Shown here: positions 1 to 14,100 of the stretch, one piece after another
Position numbering within the stretch: the first letter of the stretch is position 1
Layout: each line of letters begins with the position of its first letter
NCBI RefSeq assembly: GCF_009914755.1
Contig: NC_060933.1
Reading direction: 5' to 3' (one strand)
DNA from: the human T2T-CHM13v2.0 reference genome, Homo sapiens
Length of the DNA stretch: 64,000 bases
Translations under genes and position numbers: made by a program
Notes under the pieces: generated by a model
Seen by the model: the letters and a program-made list of their open reading frames with translations, nothing else
What the model was told of the DNA's origin: nothing
The model's database searches: none

Positions 1-3000
1 CATTCCGGAAGATTCCATTCCATTGCATTCCATTCCATTCCATTCCCCTGCACTTGCGTTGATTCCATTCCATTCCATTCCATTCCATTCCATTCCATTC
101 CATTCCATTCCTTTCCGTTCCATTCCATTCCATTCCATTCCATTCCATTCCATTCCGTTCCGTTCCGTTCCGTTCCGCTCGATTCTATTCCATTCCATTC
201 TATTCGGGTTAAATCCATTCCATTCCATTCGATTGCAATCGAGTTGATTCCATTCCATTCCATTCCATTCCTTTCCATTCCATTACGGATGATTCCATTC
301 CATTGCATTCCATTCCAATCCATTCCCCTGTACTCGGGTTGATTCCATTCCATTCCATTCCAATCCATGCCATTCCACTCGTGTTGATTCCATTCTTTCC
401 ATTCCATTCAAGTTGAATCCATTCCATTGCATTCCATTCCATTCTATTCCCCTGCAGTCGGGTTGATTCCTTTCCATTCCATTCCATTCCATTCCATTCC
501 ATTCCATTCCACTCCGTTCCGTTCCATTCCATTCTATTCCATTCCATTCTATTCGTGTTAATTCCATTCCATTCCATTCCATTCCAATCGAGTTGATTCC
601 ACTCCATTCCATTCCATTCCATTCCACTCCATTCTAGTCCTTTCCATTCCATTCCACTCGGGTTGATTCCAATGTATTCCTTTCCATTCCATTCCATTCC
701 ATTGCAATCGAGTTGATTCCATTGCTTTGCATTCCACTCCATTCCATTCCATTCCGGATGATTCCATTCCATTGCATTCCATTCCATTCCATTCCCCTGC
801 ACTCGGGTTGATTCCATTCCATTCCACTCCATTCCGTTCCATTCCATTCCATTGCATTGTATTCGGGTTAATTCCATTCCATTCCATTCCATTCCATTCC
901 ATTCCATCACAATCGGGTTGGTTCCATTCCATTCCATTCCATTCCATTCCACATGATTCCATTCCATTACATTCCGTTCCATTACATTCCCCTGCACTCG
1001 GGTTGATTCCATTCCATTCCATTCCATTCCATTCCATTCGATTCCATTCCATTCCAATTCTTTCCATTCCATTCTCTTCCGTACCATTCCATTCCATTCC
1101 ATACCATTCCATTCCATTCCGTTCCGTTCCGTTCCGTTCCATTCCATTCCATTCCATTCTATTCGGGTTAATTCCATTCCATTCCATTCCATTCCATTCT
1201 ATTCCATTCCATTGCAATCGAGTTGAATCCATTGCATTCCATTCCATTCCATTCCATTCCATTCTGGAAGATTCCATTCCATTGCATTCCATTCCATTCC
1301 ATTCCCCTGCACTCGCGTTGATTCCATTCCATTCCATTCCATTCCGTTCCGTTCCGTTCCGTTCCATTCGATTCCATTCCATTCCGTTCCGTTCCGTTCC
1401 GTTCCATTCCATCCCATTCCATTCTATTCGGGTTAATTCCATTCTATTCCATTCGATTGCAATCGAGTTGATTCCATTCCATTCCATTCCATTACATTCC
1501 ATTCCATTCCTTTCCATTCCATTACGGATGATTCCATTCCACTGCATTACATTCCATTCCATTCCCCTGTACTCGGGTTGATTCCATTCCATTCCATTCC
1601 ATTCCATTCTATTCCATTCCATTCCATTCCATTCCGGAAGATTCCATTCCATTGCATTCCATTCCATTCCATTCCATTCCATTCCGGAAGATTCCATTCC
1701 ATTGCATTCCATTCCATTCCATTCCCCTGCACTCGCGTTGATTCCTTTCCATTCCATTACATTCCATTCCATTCCATTCCGATCCGTTCCATTCCATTCC
1801 ATTCCATTCCATTCCGTTCCGTTCCATTCCATTCCATTCCATTGCATTGTATTCGGGTTAATTCCATTCCATTCCATTCGATTGCAATCGAGTTGATTCC
1901 ATTCCATTCCATTCCATTCCATTCCATTCCATTCCTTTCCATTCCATTACGGATGATTCCATTCCATTGCATTCCATTCCATTCCATTCCCCTGTACTCG
2001 GGTTGATTCCATTCCATTGCATTCCAATCCATGCCCTTCCACTCGTGTTGACTCCATTCTTTCCATTCCGTTCAAGTTGAATCCATTCCATTGCATTCCA
2101 TTCCATTCGATTCCATTCGATTGCACTCGGGTTGATTCCATTCCATTGCATTCCATTCCATTCCATTCCATTCCATTACATTCCGTTCCATTCCATTCCA
2201 TTACATTCGGATTGATTCTATTCAATTCCCTTAGACTCCATTACGTTCCATTCCATTCGGGTAGTTTCCATTCCATTCCATTCCATTCCTCTCCATTCCA
2301 TTGCACTCGGGTTGATTCCATTCCATTGCATTCCATTCCATTCCATTCAATTCCATTCCGTTCCATTCCATTCCATTACATACGGATTGATTCTATTCAT
2401 CTCCCTTAGTCTCCATTACATTCCATTCCATTCGGCTTGTTCCATTCCATTCCATTCCATTCCACTCCATTCCATTGCACTCGGGTTGATTCCATTCCAT
2501 TCCATTCCATTCCATTCCATTCCATTCCATTCCGGAAGATTCCATTCCATTGCATTCCATTCCATTCCATTCCCCTGCACTAGCGTTGATTCCATTCCAT
2601 TCCATTCCATTCCATTCCATTCCTTTCTGTTCCATTCCATTCCATTCCATTCCATTCCGTTCCGTTATGTTCCATTCCATTCCATTCCATTCTATTCTGG
2701 TTAATTCCATTCCATTCCATTCGATTGCAATCGAGTTGATTCCATTCCATTCCATTCAATTCCATTCCATTCCATTCCATTCCATTCCTTTCCATTCCAT
2801 TACGGATGATTCCATTCCATTGCATTCCATTCCATTCCATTCCCCTGTACTCGGGTTGATTCCATTCCATTCCATTCCAATCCATGCCATTCCAGTCGTG
2901 TTGATTCCATTCTTTCCATTCCATTCAAGGTGAATCCATTCCATTCCATTCCATTCCATTCCATTCCATTCCGTTCCGTTCCGTTCCATTCCATTCCATT

Positions 3001-3299
3001 CCATTCTATTCGGGTTAATTCCATTCCATTCCATTCGATTGCAATCGAGTCGATTCCATTCCATTCCATTCCATTCCATTCCATTCCATTCCATTCCATT
3101 CCTTTCCATTCCATTACGGATGATTCCATTCCATTGCATTCCATTGCATTCCATTCCATTCCTATCCCCTGCACTCAGGTTGATTCCATTCCATTCCATT
3201 CCATTCCATTCCATTCTATTCCATTCCATTCTATTCGCGGTAATTCCATTCCATTCCATTCCATTACCTTCCATTGCAATCGAGTTGATTCCATTCCAT

Positions 3300-6200
3300 T
3301 CCGTTCCTTTCCATTCCATTCCATTCAAGTCCTTTCCATTCCATTCCAGTCGTGTTGATTCCATTTTATTAGTTTCCATTCCATTCCATTCCCTTCTATT
3401 CCACTCTGGTTGATTCCATTCCTTTCCATTCCACTCGAATACATTCCCTTCTATTCCACTCGGAATGATTCCATTCCATTCCGTTCCATTCCATTCCATT
3501 CCATTCCATTTCTTTCCATTCCATTCTATTCCGTACCATTCCATTCCATTCCATTCCATTCCATTCCATTCCATTCCATTCCATGCCATTCCACTCGGGT
3601 TGATTCCATTGCTTTCCATTCCATTTGGGTTGAATCCATTCCATTCCGTTCCATTCCATTCCATTACATTCGGATTGATTGTATTCAATTCCCTTACACT
3701 CCATTTCATTCCATTCCATTCGAGTTGTTTCCATACCATTCCATTCCATTCTATTCCATTTCGTTCCATTCCATTCTATTCGGTACCATTCCATTCCATT
3801 CCATTCCATTCCATTCCATTCCATGCCATTCCAGTTTTGTTGATTCCCTTCCTTTCCATTCCATTCGGGTTGAATCCATTCCATTCCATTCCATTCCATT
3901 CCATTCCATTCCTTTCCATTCCATTGCACACGGGTTGATTCCATTCCATTCCTTTCTGTTCCATTCCGGATGACTCTATTCCATTGCATTCCATTCCATT
4001 CCATTCCCCTGCGCTCGGGTTCATTACATTCCATTCCATTTACTTCCATTCCATTCCATTCCATTCAATTCCATTCTATTCGGGTTAATTCCATTCCATT
4101 CCATTCCATTCCATTCCATTCCATTCCATTCCATTCCATTCCATTGCATTCAATTGCAATCGAGTTGATTCCATTCCATTCCATTCAATTCCGGATGATT
4201 CCATTCCATTGCCTTCAATTCCATTCCATTCCCCTGCACTCGGGTTGATTCCATTCCATTCCATTCCATTCCATTCCATTTCATTCCATTCCATTTCGTT
4301 CCATTCCATTCTTTTGCGTTCCATTCCATTCCATTCCATTCCATTCCATTCCATTCCTTTCCATTCTATTCGGGTTAATTCCATTCCATTCCATTCCATT
4401 CCATTCCGTTCCATTCAATTCCATTACATTCGGATTGATTCTTTTTAATTCCCTTACACTCCATTACATTCTATTCCATTCGGGTAGTTTCCATACCATT
4501 CCATTCCATTCCACTGCATTCTATTGCACTCGGGTTGATTGATTCCATTCCATTGCATTCCATTCCATTCCATTCCTTTCCGGATGATTCCATTCCATTG
4601 CATTCCATTGCATTCCATTCCCCTGTACTCGGGTTGATCCCATTCCATTGCATTCCATTCCATTCCATTCCATTCCGTTCCGTTCCATTCCATTCCCTTC
4701 CATTCTCTTCAGGTTAATTCCATTCCATTCCATTCCCTTCCATTCCATTCCATTCCATTCCATTCCATTCCATGCCATTCCACTCGGTTTGATTCCATTC
4801 CTTTCCATTCCATTCGAGTTGAACCCATTCCATTCCATTCCATTCCATTGCATTCCACTTGGTTTGATTCCATTCCTTTCCATTCCATTCGGGTTGAAAC
4901 CATTCCATTCCATACCATTCCTTTCGATTCCATTCCATTTCACTCGGGTTGATCCCATTCCATTGCATTCCATTCCATTCCATTGCATTCCATTCCGTTC
5001 CATTCCATTCCATTACATTCGTATTGATTCTATTCAATTCCCTTACCCTCCATTACATTCCATTCCTTTCGGGTTGTTTCCATTCCATTCCATTCCATTC
5101 CACTCCATTCCATTTCAATCGGGTGATTCCATTACATTCCATTGCATTCCATTCCATTCCATTCCATTCCGTATGATTCCATTCCATTGCATTCCATTCC
5201 ATTCCATTCCTTTGCACTCGGTTGGATTCCATTCTATTCCATTCCATTCCATTCCATTCCATTCCATTCCATTCTATTCGGGTTAATTTCATTCCATTCC
5301 ATTCCATTCCCTTCCATTGCATTCCATTCCATTCCATTCCATTCCATTGAAATCGAGTTGATTCCATTCCATTCCATTCCATTCCATTCCATTCTATTCG
5401 GGTTAATTCCATTCCATTCCATTCCATTCCATTCCCTTCCATTCCATTCTATTCCATTCCATTCCATTCCATTCCTTTCTATTAGGGTTAATTCCATTCC
5501 ATTCCATTCCATTCTATTCCATCCCATTCCATTCCATTCCATTGCAATCGAGTTGATTCCATTCCATTCCATTCCATTCCATTCAATTCAATTCCATTGA
5601 ACTCGGGTTAATTCCATTCCATTCCATTCCATTCCATTCCCTTCCATTCCATTCTATTCCATCCCATTCCATTCCAATCCATTCTATTAGGGTTAATTCC
5701 ATTCCATTCCATTCCATTCCATTCCATCCCATTCCATTCCATTCCATTGCAATCGAGTTGATTCCATTCCATTCCATTCCATTCCATTCCATTCCATCCA
5801 ATTCCATTGAACTCGGGTTGATTCCATTCCATTCCATGCCATTCCATTTCATTCCATTCCATTCCATTCCATTCCATTCCTTTCCGTTCCATTCCATTAC
5901 ATTCGGATTGATTATATTCAATTCCCTTACACTCCATTACATTCTATTCCATTCGTGTTGTTTCCATTCTATTCCATTCCATTCCACTCCATTCCATTGC
6001 ACTCTGGTTGATTCCATTCCATTCCCTTCCATTCCGTATGACTCCATTCCATTTCATTCCATTCCATTGCATTCCCCTGCACTGGAGTTGATTATATTCC
6101 ATTCCATTCCCTTCCTTTCCGTTCCACTCCATTCTATTCGGGTTAATTCCATTCCATTCCATTACATTAAATTCCCTTCCATTCCATTCCATTCCATTCC

Positions 6201-9200
6201 ATTCCATTCCATTCCATTGCAATCGACTTGATTCCATTCCATTCCATTCCATTCCATTCCATTCCATTCCATTCCGGATGATTCCATTCCATTGCCTTCC
6301 ATTCCATTCCATTACCATGCACTCGGGTTCTTTCCATTCCATTCCATTCCATTCCATTCCATTCCACTTCGTTCCATTCGATTCTATTCCGTACCATTCA
6401 ATTCCATTCCATTCCATGCCATTCCATTCCATTCCAGTCCATGCCATTCCACTCGGGTTGATTTCATTCCTTTCCATTCTATTCGAGTTGTATCCTTTCC
6501 ATTCCATTCCATTCCATTCGATTCCATTCCATTGCACACGGGTTCATTCCATTCCATTCCATTCCATTCCATTCCATTCCATTCCATTCCATTACGTTCC
6601 ATTCCATTCTATTCCGTACCATTCCATTCCATTCCATTCCATTCCAGTCCATTCCATGCCATTCCACTCGGGTTGATTCCATTCCTTTCCATTCCATTTG
6701 GGTTGAATCCATTCCATTCCATTCCATTCCATTCGATTCCATTACATTACACTTGGGTTGATTCCATTCCATTCCATTCCATTCCATTTCATTCCATTCC
6801 ATTCCATTCCATTCCATTCCATTCCATTCCATTCCATTCCATACCATTCCATTCCATTCCATTCCATGCCATTCCACTCGGGTTGATTCCATTCCTTTCC
6901 ATTCCTTTCGAGTTGAACCCATTCCATTCCATTCCATTCCATTCCATTGCACAGGGGTTCATTCCATTCCATTCCATTCCATTCCATTTCGTTTTTTTCC
7001 ATTCTATTCCGTACCATTCCATTCCATTCCATTCCATTCCATGCCATTCCACTCGGGTTTATTCCATTCCTTTCCATTCCATTCGGGTTCAATCCATTCC
7101 ATTCCCTTCCATTCCATTCGATTCCATTCCATTGCACTCGGGTTGAATCCATTCCATTCCATGCCATTCCATTTCATTCCATTCCATTCCATTCCATTCC
7201 ATTCTATTCCGTTCCATTCCATTCAATTACATTCGTATTGATTCTTTTTAATTCCCTAACACTCCATTACATTCCATTCCATTTGGGTACTTTCCATTCC
7301 ATTCCATTCCATTCCACTGCATTCTATTGCACTCGGGTTGATTGATTCCATTCCATTGCATTCCATTCCATTCCATTCCCCTGAACTCGGGTGGATTCCA
7401 TTCCATTCCATTCCATTCCATTCCGTTCCATTCCATTCCATTCCATTCTGTTCAGGTTAATTCCATTCCATTCCATTCCCTTCCATTCCATTCCATTCTA
7501 TTCCATTCCATTCCATTCCATTCCCCTGCACTCAGTTTGATTCCATTCCATTCCATTCCATTCCATTCCGTTCCATTCCATTCCAATCCATTCTATTCGC
7601 ATTAATTCCATTCAATTCCATTCCATTACATCCCATTGCAATCGAGTTGATTACATTCCATTCCATTCCATTCCATTCAAGTCCTTTCCATTCCATTCCA
7701 CTCGTGTTGATTCCATTTTATTAGTTTCCATTCCATTCCATTCCCTTCCATTCCACTCTGGTTGATTCCATTCCTTTCCATTCTACTCGAATGCATTCCC
7801 TTCTATTCCACTCTGATTGATTCCATTCCATTCCGTTCCATTCCATTCCATTTCGTTCCATTCCATTCTATTCCATTCCATTCCATTCCATTCCTTTCCA
7901 TTCCATTCCGTTCCGTTCCATTCCATTCCATTCCATTTCTTTCCATTCCATTCTATTCCATACCATTCCATTCCATTCCGTTCCATGCCATTCCACTCGG
8001 GTTGATTCCATTGCTTTCCATTCCATTTGGGTTGAATCCATTCCATTCCATTCTATTCCATTCCATTCCATTCCATTCCATTCCATTGCATTCCATTCCA
8101 TTGCACTAGGATTGATTCCATTCCACTGCATTCCATTCCATTCCATTCCATTCCATTCCGTTCCATTCCATTCCATTACATTCGTATTGATTGTATTCAA
8201 TTCCCTTACACTCCATTACATTCCATTCCATTTGGGTTGTTTCCATTCCATTCCATTCCATTCCACTCCATTCCATTGCAGTCGGGTTGATTCCATTCCA
8301 TTCCATTCCATTCCCTTCCATTCCATTTCGTTCCATTCCATTCTATTCCATACCATTCCATTCCATTCCATTCCATTCCATTCCATTCCATGCCATTCCA
8401 CTCGGGTTGATTCCATTCCATTCCATTCCATTCGGGTTGAAACCATTCCATTCCATTCCATTCCATTCCATTCCATTCCGGATGATTGCATTCCATTGCC
8501 TTCCATTCAATTGCATTCCCCTGCACCCGGGTTGATTCCATTCAATTCCATTCCATTCCATTCCGTTCCATTCCATTCCATACCATTCCATTCCATTCCA
8601 TTCCATTCTATTCGGGTTAATTCCATTCCATTCCATTCCATTCCATTCAATTTCATTGCAATCGGGTTGATTCCATTCCGTTCCATTCCATTGCATTCCA
8701 TTCCATTCCATTCCATTCCATTCCATTCCATTCCATTCCATTCCACTCGGGTTGATTCCATTCCTTTCCATTCCATTCGGGGTGAAGCCTTTCCATTCCA
8801 TTCCATTCCTTTCGATTCCATTCCATTGCACTCGGGTTGATCCCATTCCATTGCATTCCATTCCATTCCATTCCATTCCATTCCATTCCGTTCCATTCAA
8901 TTCCATTACATTCGGATTGATTCTATTCAATTCCCTTACACTCCATCACATTCCATTCTATTCGGGTTGTTTCCATTCCATTCCATTCCATTCCATTCCA
9001 TTCCATTCCATTCCGTATGATTCCATTCCATTGCATTCTATTCCATTCCATTCCCCTGCAGTCGGGTGGATTCCATTCTATTCCATTCCATTCCATTCCA
9101 TTCCATTCCATTCCATTCCATTCCATTGAAATCGAGTTGATTCCATTCCATTCCATTCCATTCCATTCCATTCCATTCCATTCTATTCGGGTTAATTCCA

Positions 9201-9700
9201 TTCCATTCCATTCCATTCCATTCCATTCCATTCCATTCTATTAGGGTTAATTCCATTCCATTCCATTCCATTCCATTCCATTCCATTCCATTCCATTCCA
9301 TTCCATTCCATTGCAATCGAGTTGATTCCATTCCATTCCATTCCATTCCATTCCATTCCATTCCATTCAATTCCATTGAACTCGGGTTGATTCCATTCCA
9401 TTCCATGCCATTCCATTTCATTCCAATCCATTGCCTTCCATTCCATTCCATTCCTCTGCACTCGGGTTGATTCCATTCCATTCCATTCCATTCCATTCCA
9501 TTCCATTCCATTCCATGCCATTCCACTCGGGTTGATTCCATTACTTTCCATTATATTCGAGTTGAATCCATTCCATTCGATTCCATTCCATTCGATTCCA
9601 TTCCATTGCTCACGGGTTCATTCCATTCCATTCCATTCCATTCCATTCCATTCCATTCCATTCCATTTCGTTCCATTCCATTCTCTTCCGTACCATTCCA
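3300..9700 (+). repeat. Distinct HSat3 sub-type block (type B), boundaries approximate
   Basis: Words confined to or strongly enriched in this block: GGGTTGATTGATTCC (~4532, ~7336), TATTAGGGTTAA (~5480, 5685, 9239), GTTGATCCCATT (~4633, 4948, 8836), ATTGAAATCGAG (~5346, 9125). I saw no GGAAG modules in it. Confidence 0.65.
5440..5830 (+). repeat. Local ~205-210 bp diverged tandem duplication
   Basis: TATTAGGGTTAA at ~5480 and ~5685; CAATTCCATTGAACTCGGGTT at ~5589 and ~5799. Confidence 0.65.
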
Positions 9701-10734
9701 TTCCATTCCATTCCACTCCATTCCAGTCCTTTCCATTCCATTCCACTCGGGTTGATTCCATTGTATTCCTTTCCATTCCATTCCATTCCATTGCAATCGA
9801 GTTGATTCTACTGCTTTGCATTCCTTTCCATTCCATTCCATTCCGGATGATTCCATTCCATTGCATTCCATTCCATTCCATTCCCCTGCACTCGGGTTGA
9901 TTCCATTCCATTCCACTCCATTCCGTTCCCTTCCATTCCATTCCATTCCATTGTATTCGTGTTAATTCCATTCCATTCCATTCCATTCCATTCCATTCCA
10001 ATCCAATACAATCGAGTTGATTCCATTCCATTCCATTCCATTCCATTCCATTCCTTTCCATTCCATTTCACTCGGGTTGATTCCATTCTATTAGTTTCCA
10101 TTCCATTGCATTCCCTTCCATTCCACTCTGGTTGATTCAATTCCTTTCAATTCTACTCGAATACATTCCCTCCTATTCCACTCGGAACGATTCCATTCCA
10201 TTCCATTCCATTCCATTCCATTCCATTCCATTCCATTCCATTCCATTTCGTTCCATTCCATTCTATTCCGTACCATTCCATTCCATTCCATTCCTTTCCT
10301 TTCCATTCTATTCCACTCGTGTTGATTCCATTCCTTTCCATTCCATTCGGTTTGAAGGCATTCCATTCCATTCCATTCCATTCCATTCCATTCCATTCCA
10401 TTCCGGAAGATTCCATTCCATTGCATTCCACTCCATTCCATTCCGCTGCACTCGCGTTGATTCCATTCCATTCCATTCCATTCCATTCCATTCCATTCCA
10501 TTCCGTTCCGTTCCATTCCATTGCATTGCATTCCATTCCATTCCGTTCCGTTCCATTCCATTCCATTCCATTCCATTCCATTCCATTCCATTCGGGTAAA
10601 TTGCATTCCATTCCATTCGATTGCAATCGAGTTGATTCCATTCCATTCCATTCCATTCCATTCCGTTTCGTTCCATTCCATTTGATTCAATTCCATTCCA
10701 TTCCATTCCATTCCATTGCGTTCCATTCCATTCC

Positions 10735-11110
10735 ATTACATTCGGATTGATTCTATTCAATTCCCTTACACTCCATTACATTCCATTCCATTCGGGTAGT
10801 TTCCATTGCATTCCATTCCATTCCTCTCCATTCCATTGCACTCGGGTTGATTCCATTCCATTGCATTCCATTCCATTCCATTCCATTCCATTCCATTCCA
10901 TTCCATTTCGTTCCATTCCACTCCATTACATTCGGATTCATTCTATTCAATTCCCTTACACTCCATTACATTCCATTCCATTCGGGTAGTTTCCATTCCA
11001 TTCCATTCCATTCCTCTCCATTCCATTGCACGCGGGTTGATTCCATTCCATTGCATTCCATTCCATTCCATTCAATTCCATTCCGTTCCATTCCATTCCA
11101 TTACATTCGG
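10735..11110 (+). repeat. Local ~190 bp tandem duplication
   Basis: TTCTATTCAATTCCCTTACACTCC...TTCGGGTAGT...TTCCTCTCC occurs at 10751 and again at 10941. Confidence 0.7.
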
Positions 11111-14100
11111 ATTGATTCTATTCAACTCCCTTACTCTCCATTACATTCCATTCCATTCGGTTTGTTCCATTCCATTCCATTCCATTCCACTCCATTCCAT
11201 TGCACTCGGGTTGATTCCATTCCATTCCATTCCATTCCGGATGATTCCATTCCATTGCATTCCATTCCATTACATTCCCCTGCACTCGCGTTGATTCCAT
11301 TCCATTCCATTCCATTCCATTCCATTCCATTCAATTCCATTCCATTTCAATTCGTTCCATTCCATTCTATTCCGTACCATTCCATTCCATTCCATACCAT
11401 TCCATTCCATTCCATTCCATTCCATTCCGTTCCATTCCGTTCCATCCCAATCCATTCCATTCCATTCCATTCCATTCCATTCCGTTCCGTTCCATTCCGT
11501 TCCATTCCATTCCATTCCATTCTATTCGGGTTAATTCCATTCCATTCCATTCGATTGCAATCGAGTTGATTCCATTCCATTCCATTCCATTCCATTCCTT
11601 TCCATTCAATTACGGATGATTCCATTCCATTGCTTTCCATTCCATTCCATTCCCCTGTACTCGGGTTCATTCCATTCCATTCCATTCCAATCCATGCCAT
11701 TCCACTCGTGTTGATTCCATTCTTTCCATTCCATTCAAGTTGAATCCATTCCATTGCATTCCATTCCATTCCATTCCATTCCCCTGCAGTCGGGTTGATT
11801 CCATTCCATTCCATTCCATTCCATTCCATTCCATTCCATTCCGTTCCGTTCCGTTCCATTCCATTCCATTCCATTTTATTCGGGTTAATTCCATTACATT
11901 CCATTCCATTCCATTCCATTCCAGTCGAGTTGATTCCATTCCATTCCATTCCATTCCATTCCATTCCACTCCATTCCAGTCCTTTCCATTCCATTCCACT
12001 CGGGTTGATTCCAATGTATTCCTTTCCATTCCATTCCATTCCATTGCAATCGAGTTGATTCCATTGCTTTGCATTCCATTCCATTCCATTCCATTCCGGA
12101 TGATTCCATTCCATTGCATTCCATTCCATTCCATTCCCCTGCACTCGGGTTGATTCCATACCATTCCACTCCATTCCGTTCCATTCCATTCCATTCCATT
12201 TTATTCGGGTTAATTCCATTCCATTCCATTCCATTCCATTCCATTCCATTACAATCGAGTTGATTCCATTCCATTCCATTCCATTCCAGTCCTTTCCATT
12301 CCATTCCACTCGGGTTGATTCCATTCTATTAGTTTCCATTCCATTCCATTCCCTTCCATTCCACTCTGGTTGATTCCATTCCTTTCCATTCCACTCGAAT
12401 ACATTCCCTCCTATTCCACTCGGAACGATTCCATTCCATTCCATTCCATTCCATTCCATTCCATTCCATTCCATTCCATTTCGTTCCATGCCATTCTATT
12501 TCGTATCATTCCATTCCATTCCATTCCATTCCATTCCATTACACTCGTGTTGATTCCATTCCTTTCCATTCCATTCGGTTTGAAGGCATTCCATTCCATT
12601 CCATTCCATTCCATTCAATTCCATTCCGTTGCATTCCATTCCATTACATTCGGATTGATTCTATTCACCTCCCTTACTCTCCATTACATTCCATTCCATT
12701 CGGGTTGTTCCATTCCTTTCCATTCCATTCCACTCCATTCCATTGCACTCGGGTTGATTCCATTCATTCCATTCCATTCCATTCCATTCCATTCCATTCC
12801 ATTCCGGATGATTCCATTCCATTGCATTCCGTTCCATTACATTCCCCTGCACTCGCGATGATTGCATTCCATTCCATTCAATTCCATTCCATTACAATTC
12901 GTTACATTCCATTCTATTCCGTACCATTCCATTCCATTCCATACCATTCCATTCCATTCCATTCCATTCCATTCCATTCCATTCCGTTTCATTCAGTTCC
13001 ATTGCATTCCATTCCATTCTATTCGGGTTAATTCCATTCCATTCCATTCCATTCCATTCTATTCCATTCCATTTCAATCGACTTGAATCCATTGCATTTC
13101 ATTCCATTCCATTCCATTCCATTCCATTCCGGAAGATTCCATTCCATTGCATTCCATTCCACTCCATTCCCCTGCACTCGCGTTGATTCCATTCCATTCC
13201 ATTCCATTCCATTCCATTCCGTTCCGTTCCATTCCATTCCATTCCATTCCATTCCGTTCCTTTCCATTCCATTCCATTCCATTCTATTCGGGTTAATTCC
13301 ATTCCATTCCATTCGATTGCAATCGAGTTGATTCCATTCCATTGCATTCCATTCCATTCGATTACATTCGATTGCACTCGGGTTGATTCCATTCCATTGC
13401 ATTCCATTCCATCCCATTCCATTCCATTCCATTCCATTCAGTTCCAATCGTTTCCATTACATTCGGATTGATTGTATTCAATTCCCTTACACTCCATTAC
13501 ATTCCATTCCATTCGGGTAGTTTCCACTCCATTCCATTCCATTCCTCTCCATTCCATTGCACTCGGGTTGATTCCATTCCATTGCATTCCATTCCATTCC
13601 ATTCAATTCCATTCCGTTCCATTCCATTCCATTACATTCGGATTGATTCTATTCAACTCCCTTACTCTCCATTACATTCGATTCCATTCGGATTGTTCCA
13701 TTCCATTCCATTCCATTCCACCCCATTCCATCGCACTCGGGTTGATTCCATTCCATTCCATCCCATTCCATTCCGGAAGATTCCATTCCATTGCATTCCA
13801 TTACATTCCATTCCCCTGCACTCGCGTTGATTCCATTCCATTCCATTCCATTCCATTCCATTCCATTCCGTTCCGTTCCATTCCATTCCATTCCATTCCG
13901 TTCCATTCCGTTCCATTCCATTCCATTCCATTCTATTCGGGTTAATTCCATTCCATTCCATTCTATTGTAATCGTGTTGATTCCATTCCATTCCATTCCA
14001 TTCCATTCAATTCCATTCCGTTCCATTCCATTCCATTACATTCGGATTGATTCTATTCAACTCCCTTACTCTCCATTACATTCCATTCCATTCGGGTTGT

